A DNA stretch of 32,000 nucleotides from Alkalilimnicola ehrlichii MLHE-1 (lineage in GTDB: Bacteria; Pseudomonadota; Gammaproteobacteria; Nitrococcales; Halorhodospiraceae), in NCBI RefSeq assembly GCF_000014785.1, contig NC_008340.1:2340001-2372000 (forward strand), in the 5' to 3' direction. Made by a program: the position numbers and the translations under genes. Each line of letters starts with the position of its first letter. The stretch's first letter is position 1. The notes beneath the pieces were generated by a model. The model did not search any database. It saw only the letters and a list, made by a program, of their open reading frames with translations, and was not told the DNA's origin. Below, one piece after another: positions 26,897-32,000 of the stretch.

Positions 26897-27361
26897 ATGA
26901 GTCAGCCCGGCAGACCCAAGCCCCTGAATCACTGGCTGAACAACCTGCCGGTGGAGCAGCGCACCCTGCGCCAGCTCGGCCACTTCGCCCGACTGGCGCG
27001 GCGGCTGAACGCCGAGATGCCGCCGGAGCTCCACGGGCCCTGGAAACTGGCCGCACTGGATGCCGAACGCCTGCTGCTGGTCACCGAGGACAGCCTCTGG
27101 GCCACCCGGCTGCGCTACCTGGAGACGCCCCTGCTGGACGCGGCGGAACGCATCGGGGGGCTTCGCCCGCGGCGGCTGGAGGTGCAAGTCCGCCCGGCCC
27201 GGGAGCGGGCACGCCGCCGCCAGCCCCCCCGACAACCGCCGGGGCCGGAGGCCATCAAGAGCATCCGCCAGAGCGCGGAACAGGCACCGGAGCCCCTGCG
27301 CCGGGCGCTACTGCGGCTGGCCCGGCACGCGGAGGGCAAACCGGACGACCCACTGGACTGA
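26897..27361 (+). CDS. DUF721-like (DciA-family-like) protein
   Basis: 154 aa. GGAGA SD. The pattern ...LHGPWKLAALDAERLLLVTEDSLWATRLRYLETPLLDAAE... resembles the DUF721 core, followed by an Arg/Pro-rich tail. As I recall, DUF721 genes occupy this divergent position next to secA in other gammaproteobacteria. The assignment is from memory only. Confidence 0.55.
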   Translation: MSQPGRPKPLNHWLNNLPVEQRTLRQLGHFARLARRLNAEMPPELHGPWKLAALDAERLLLVTEDSLWATRLRYLETPLLDAAERIGGLRPRRLEVQVRPARERARRRQPPRQPPGPEAIKSIRQSAEQAPEPLRRALLRLARHAEGKPDDPLD

Positions 27362-27371
27362 CAGTGGAACG

Positions 27372-28955
27372 CTAGTCCCGCTGCCCGGCATGGCGCTCTT
27401 TCAGGCGCCGGACCACATCCGCCAAGGCGGTATTGAACAGGCGGTTGTCGTCGAGAATCAGCACGGAGGAGTCGGCCAGGCCCTGGGCCAGATCGTCCAC
27501 GCCGGTCTCCAACACCTTGAACCCGGCCCGGTTGGCGAACACCATCGCCCGCCCGTCGTCGCGCCGCTCCGCGAGCCGGCCCTGCAGCCGACGCCCGTGA
27601 TCGCGGAGGAACTCGAACCAGGTCCCCACCGGCACCTGGCGCAGCCGTTGACGGTTGGCCTCCAGATCACGCGGATCCGCCCCCACGGCCTCGGCCTCCG
27701 CCGGCCAAACCGACTCGTCCAGGGCCGGATCGGCCGCCTGCAGGCAGCGCAGGTGCTCGGCCTCCAGGGCGCGCAGCAGTTTGTGCATCTCAAAGGGATT
27801 GTAAAGCACCCAGGAGAGCCCCTCGGCCAGCTCGTGCAGGAGCAACGGTATCTCCACCACCAGTTGCTGCTGCACCACCGGGTCGTCATGGGGCTCCACG
27901 CTCCAGAGCAGGCGCTCCATCAGGGCGCACTGGCGGACCCAGGTCTCACTGTCCACGCCCTCCTTGAGGCAGGTAATGAACAGCACCCGGGACCAGGTGT
28001 CCTCGAGCAGTTCCCGCACCAGCCGCGGCGGGTTCCGGCCCTCAAGACAGCGGCCGACCTCCCGGCGCACCCGCTCCCGCGCCGCTTCGACCTGGCTGCG
28101 GTTCTCTTCCGCCTGCTGGCGCATCGCCCGCTCGGCGTCCCGATCGGCCCCGGATGACAGACCGGCGGCCCCCTGTGTCCCCGGGTCGGCCGGATCACTG
28201 CCACCACCGGCATGATCCAACCCCGACGGGCCACGGGCCGGCACCACCGGCGCGCGGCCGGTCATGGCGGTCTCCACCTCGGCGTAGATCGCCCCCAACC
28301 CCCGCATCAGGTGGCGATCAAAGAGCTTGAGCAGCACCAGTCGGGGCTCCAGCCCCACGCGCAGCACGTCGATGGCCCGGGCAAAACACTGCGCCACCCG
28401 GCCGGGATCCAGCGGATTATCCTCCTCGCGGACCTCACCCCCGGGGTATTCCCGGCCCAACAGCCGGGTCACCGCCACCAGTTGCGGACTGAAACGGCGG
28501 CGGGCCTTGGCGGCCAGGGCGTCCACCGCCAGGGCCAGCTCACGGGCATCCAGGTCGGTGGCATCCGGGGACGGGCTGTCACCGGCCACGGGCGGCCCCA
28601 TCGGACTGGGCAGTGCGGTGAAGCGGGCCTCCAGCCCGGCGCGGAACACCTCCTCCAGCTCATGGCGCCGCAAGCGCAGCTCCCGCATCGCCCGCAGGTA
28701 GTGGTCGCGCCCGCCCTCGGCCACCACCGGACGCGCGCAGTCGAACAGGGTGTCATCGGCCTCATCGAACACCCGGCGAATGAGCGTAAGCAGGCGCTCC
28801 TCGGCCAGCCGGGATACGTCCGCCACCCGCTCCGGCATCGGCTGGCCGACGTTGGAGGCCTCCCGTCGCAGGTAAACCACCTTACCGCCCCTGTCCGCCA
28901 CTTGACCTCCGCAATTGGCCCGCTGGGTGTCTATGCTGATGCCCATACCGGGCAA
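27372..28955 (-). CDS. DUF1631-like protein of unknown function
   Basis: N-terminal block [12 protein letters not shown]....[19 protein letters not shown] and C-terminal block VGTWFEF......[22 protein letters not shown] match my recollection of the DUF1631 family. The start is unresolved: TTG at 28955, ATG at 28946 or ATG at 28838, none with a clear SD. Confidence 0.55.
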   Translation of the reverse strand: MPGMGISIDTQRANCGGQVADRGGKVVYLRREASNVGQPMPERVADVSRLAEERLLTLIRRVFDEADDTLFDCARPVVAEGGRDHYLRAMRELRLRRHELEEVFRAGLEARFTALPSPMGPPVAGDSPSPDATDLDARELALAVDALAAKARRRFSPQLVAVTRLLGREYPGGEVREEDNPLDPGRVAQCFARAIDVLRVGLEPRLVLLKLFDRHLMRGLGAIYAEVETAMTGRAPVVPARGPSGLDHAGGGSDPADPGTQGAAGLSSGADRDAERAMRQQAEENRSQVEAARERVRREVGRCLEGRNPPRLVRELLEDTWSRVLFITCLKEGVDSETWVRQCALMERLLWSVEPHDDPVVQQQLVVEIPLLLHELAEGLSWVLYNPFEMHKLLRALEAEHLRCLQAADPALDESVWPAEAEAVGADPRDLEANRQRLRQVPVGTWFEFLRDHGRRLQGRLAERRDDGRAMVFANRAGFKVLETGVDDLAQGLADSSVLILDDNRLFNTALADVVRRLKERHAGQRD

Positions 28956-29068
28956 AGCCGATATACTTTGCCGTTTGGCGCACCCGAACCGGCGGGGGCG
29001 CTCCCTGCCGTCAATATTGTCCGCAAGGGGCGGGGCCGTGCAAGCGCGAACAAGTCAGGAGGAGACCC

Positions 29069-30118
29069 ATGACGGATATTGAGGCCATACTCGGCAATGA
29101 AGCGGAAACCCTGTTGAACCATCGCTGCGAGGGGATTCGCCGCGAGCAACTGCAACTGCCGGGCGGCGACTACATCGACCGGGTGGTCGCCCAGAAGGAC
29201 CGTAAACCCGCTGTGCTGCGCAACCTGCAGGCGCTGTTCAACACCGGCCGGCTGGCCGGGACCGGGTACCTCTCGCTGCTGCCGGTGGACCAGGGCGTGG
29301 AGCACTCGGCAGGGGCCTCGTTCGCGCCCAACCCGGCCATGTTCGATCCGGAAAGGATCGTGCAGCTGGGCATCGAGGGCGGCTGCAACGGCGTGGCCTC
29401 CACCCTGGGGGTGCTCTCGTCGGTGGCCCGCCGCTACGCCCACCGCATCCCGTTCATCGTCAAGCTCAATCACAACGAGCTGCTGACCTACCCCAACATC
29501 CACGACCAGACGCTCTTCGCCCAGGTGGAACAGGCCTTCGACATGGGGGCGGTGGCGGTGGGCGCCACCATCTACTACGGCAGCCCCGAGTGCCGACGCC
29601 AGATCCAGGAGATCAGCGAGGCCTTCGCCCGCGCCCACGAACTGGGGCTGTGCACCATCCTCTGGGCCTACCTGCGCAACAACGACTTCAAAAAGGACGG
29701 CACCGACTACCACGTCTCCGCCGACCTCACCGGCCAGGCCAACCACCTGGCGGCCACCATCAACGCCGACATTGTGAAACAGAAGCAGCCGGAGAATAAC
29801 GGCGGTTTCAAGGCACTGGGTTTCGGCAAGACCCACCCCAAGGTCTACGATGAACTGACCAGTGACCACCCCATCGACCTTACCCGCTATCAGGTGGCCT
29901 GCTGTTACATGGGCCGCGCCGGGCTGATCAACTCCGGCGGTGCCTCCGGTGAGAACGACCTGCAGCAGGCCGTGCGCACCGCCGTGATCAACAAACGCGC
30001 CGGCGGCATGGGGCTGATCTCCGGACGCAAGGCCTTCCAAAAGCCGACGGACAAGGGGGTGGAGCTGCTGCACGCCATCCAGGACGTTTACCTGGACGAC
30101 GCCATCACGGTGGCCTGA
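29069..30118 (+). CDS. fbaB: Class I fructose-bisphosphate aldolase (FbaB / DhnA type)
   Basis: 349 aa. AGGAGGAG SD. Near-colinear with my recollection of E. coli FbaB (MTDI...[16 protein letters not shown]...[15 protein letters not shown]...[24 protein letters not shown]...[17 protein letters not shown]). Confidence 0.93.
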   Translation: MTDIEAILGNEAETLLNHRCEGIRREQLQLPGGDYIDRVVAQKDRKPAVLRNLQALFNTGRLAGTGYLSLLPVDQGVEHSAGASFAPNPAMFDPERIVQLGIEGGCNGVASTLGVLSSVARRYAHRIPFIVKLNHNELLTYPNIHDQTLFAQVEQAFDMGAVAVGATIYYGSPECRRQIQEISEAFARAHELGLCTILWAYLRNNDFKKDGTDYHVSADLTGQANHLAATINADIVKQKQPENNGGFKALGFGKTHPKVYDELTSDHPIDLTRYQVACCYMGRAGLINSGGASGENDLQQAVRTAVINKRAGGMGLISGRKAFQKPTDKGVELLHAIQDVYLDDAITVA

Positions 30119-30129
30119 CCCCGCTGGCA

Positions 30130-30159
30130 GGCACCGCCCCGGCGCACCGGGGCGGTGCC
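30130..30159 (+). terminator. Strong hairpin downstream of fbaB (terminator candidate)
   Basis: 13-bp perfect stem GGCACCGCCCCGG / CCGGGGCGGTGCC with loop CGCA, 12 nt after the stop. There is no T-run, and a second palindrome CCACCGGTGG follows at 30171-30180. Confidence 0.5.
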
Positions 30160-30260
30160 ATCCGGCGGCCCCACCGGTGGCCCTATATATAATAAGTGTC
30201 GCGCTCTGTTTTAAGGCGTTTTTGCCCAACAGTTCAAACAGTTAGCGCAGACAGAAGCGC

Positions 30261-30289
30261 TTGCCTTTAACGGCCCCCTCCGTTATCTT
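30261..30289 (+). promoter_or_regulatory. Candidate sigma70-type promoter for mrpA (TTGCCT-N17-TATCTT)
   Basis: Hexamers at 30261-30266 and 30284-30289 with a 17-nt spacer, in the only AT-rich stretch upstream of mrpA. Pattern match only. Confidence 0.2.
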
Positions 30290-30425
30290 GCGAGGCCGTT
30301 GCCGGCACGCCTCTTTTGTGCCGACGGGACAACTCGAACAAATCATTGCCCACCTCGCCCTACAGGCGGGGCCCGGCCGGGAAGAGGGCCGGAACGGTGG
30401 GCCTGCGACGGGGTAACCATCCGCC

Positions 30426-32000
30426 ATGCTGCTAGCCGTACTCTCGGGGTTTCTGGTGGCCATCGCCGCGCCCTGGCTGTATCAATCGCTGCAGGACCGT
30501 GCCGGTTGGGTGCTGGCCTTGCTGCCGGCCGCGTTGACCGTGTATTTCGCCACCTTCCTGCCGCAGGTGATGGCCGGGGAGGCCGTGGTCATTCACTACG
30601 ATTGGGTGCCGGGGCTGGAGATCAACCTCTCCTTCCTGGTGGACGGGCTGTCGTTGCTGTTCGCCCTGCTGATCAGCCTGATCGGCACCTTCATCGTGCT
30701 CTACGCCAGCGCCTACCTGAAGGGCGACGAATACCTGCCGCGCTTCTATGTGCTGATCCTCGCCTTCATGGCCGCCATGCTGGGGCTGGTGCTCTCGGAC
30801 AACCTGATCACCCTGTTCGTGTTCTGGGAGCTGACCAGCATTACCTCCTACATGCTGATCGGCCATAACCACGAGGACAAGGAGGCCCGCAAGTGCGCCC
30901 TGCAGGGTCTGCTCGTCACCGTGGGCGGTGGGCTGGCACTGCTGGCCGGGCTGATCCTGATGGCCGGGGTGGCGGGCAGCTTCTCGCTGCACGAGATCCT
31001 CAACAGCGGTGACGTGCTCCGCGACAGCCACCTCTATCTGCCGATCCTCATCCTGGTGCTGGCGGGCTGCTTTACCAAGTCGGCCCAGGTGCCCTTCCAC
31101 TTCTGGCTGCCCAACGCCATGGCCGCGCCCACTCCGGTGTCGGCCTACCTGCACTCGGCCACCATGGTGAAGGCGGGCGTCTACCTGATGGCCCGCCTCA
31201 ACCCGAGTCTCGGCGGCACCGAGCTGTGGATGACCATCCTGCCCATCGTCGGTGCGCTGACCATGTTCACCGGCGCCTATCTGGCGGTGCGTTCCACCGG
31301 CATCAAGCGGGTGCTGGCCTATTCCACGGTCATGGCCTTGGGCACGCTGACCATGCTGGTGGGCATCGGCACCGAGACGGCCATGATCGCCTTCGCCTGC
31401 TTCCTGATGGCGCACAGCTTGTACAAGGGCGCGCTCTTCATGGTCGCCGGCGCCGTGGACCACGAGGCCGGCACCAAGGACGTGACCAAGCTGGGCGGGC
31501 TGCGGCGAAAGATGCCAGTCACCGCCACCTTTGCGGCCATCGCCGCCCTGTCGCTGGCGGGCATCCCACCGCTGTTCGGTTTCGTCGCCAAGGAGCTGAT
31601 GTTTGAATCGGTGCTGGAGGCCGGCGGCCTGGCCTTGTTCCTGTCGGTGCTGGCCATCGCCTCGGCGGTGCTGGTGATCGCGGTGGCCGCCATCGTCGCC
31701 ATCCGGCCGTTCTGGGGGCGGCTCAAGGAGACGCCAAAGAAGCCACACGAGGCGCCGCTGCCCATGCTGCTCGGCCCCATCGTGCTGGCATCGCTCTCGC
31801 TCTTTTTCGGGGTGCTGGTCTTCATCCCCGATACCCTGCTGGTCCAGGCGACGGTGCTGGCCGTGTACGGCGAGCCGGTGGAGTTCTACCTGTCCCTCTG
31901 GCACGGGATCAATGCCCCATTGTTGATGAGCCTGGCCAGCCTGCTCCTCGGTGCCCTGTTGTTCCTTAATTGGGACCGGGTGCGCGGGGCCATGGGCAAA
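30426..32000 (+). CDS. mrpA: Monovalent cation/H+ antiporter subunit A (MrpA/MnhA, NuoL-like), 3'-truncated by the window end
   Basis: Not in the ORF track because no stop is reached. Read by hand: [19 protein letters not shown]...[27 protein letters not shown]...[17 protein letters not shown]...[37 protein letters not shown]. An in-frame TAA at 30414-30416 fixes the ATG at 30426 as the first possible start. Confidence 0.88.
   Translation, partial: MLLAVLSGFLVAIAAPWLYQSLQDRAGWVLALLPAALTVYFATFLPQVMAGEAVVIHYDWVPGLEINLSFLVDGLSLLFALLISLIGTFIVLYASAYLKGDEYLPRFYVLILAFMAAMLGLVLSDNLITLFVFWELTSITSYMLIGHNHEDKEARKCALQGLLVTVGGGLALLAGLILMAGVAGSFSLHEILNSGDVLRDSHLYLPILILVLAGCFTKSAQVPFHFWLPNAMAAPTPVSAYLHSATMVKAGVYLMARLNPSLGGTELWMTILPIVGALTMFTGAYLAVRSTGIKRVLAYSTVMALGTLTMLVGIGTETAMIAFACFLMAHSLYKGALFMVAGAVDHEAGTKDVTKLGGLRRKMPVTATFAAIAALSLAGIPPLFGFVAKELMFESVLEAGGLALFLSVLAIASAVLVIAVAAIVAIRPFWGRLKETPKKPHEAPLPMLLGPIVLASLSLFFGVLVFIPDTLLVQATVLAVYGEPVEFYLSLWHGINAPLLMSLASLLLGALLFLNWDRVRGAMGK

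Overview
GC-rich, densely packed chromosomal window that looks gammaproteobacterial; Chromatiales/Ectothiorhodospiraceae-like is only a guess from gene content and cannot be verified here. I support about 27 protein genes. In order: a membrane-anchored TAXI-type binding protein, trmO, a PAS-GGDEF-EAL protein, thiE, a rubredoxin absent from the ORF track, an MFS transporter, a roughly 550-bp repeat-filled intergenic region, rhlB, acpH, and a TAXI-TRAP transporter pair. Then a CBS / MotA-like / MotB-like cassette, a membrane diguanylate cyclase overlapping a rhomboid protease gene, and pilB-pilC-pilD-coaE-zapD, which converges on mutT(fusion)-argJ-secA. Finally a DUF721-like and a DUF1631-like gene, fbaB, and the 5' part of mrpA. 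No rRNA, tRNA, CRISPR array, transposase or integrase was recognised. The ORF track translates alternative starts (TTG/GTG) as M, so several starts were re-chosen by reading the DNA. Many long ORFs are antisense artefacts of the high GC content. The observations most worth follow-up are (1) the CBS-stator-like-DGC-rhomboid cluster next to pilBCD, and (2) the structured region upstream of rhlB: REP/BIME-like units, a 34-bp-arm palindrome bracketed by 21-bp direct repeats, and a telomere-like (GGGGTT)6 microsatellite. All family assignments come from motif recognition in the translations, not from database searches.
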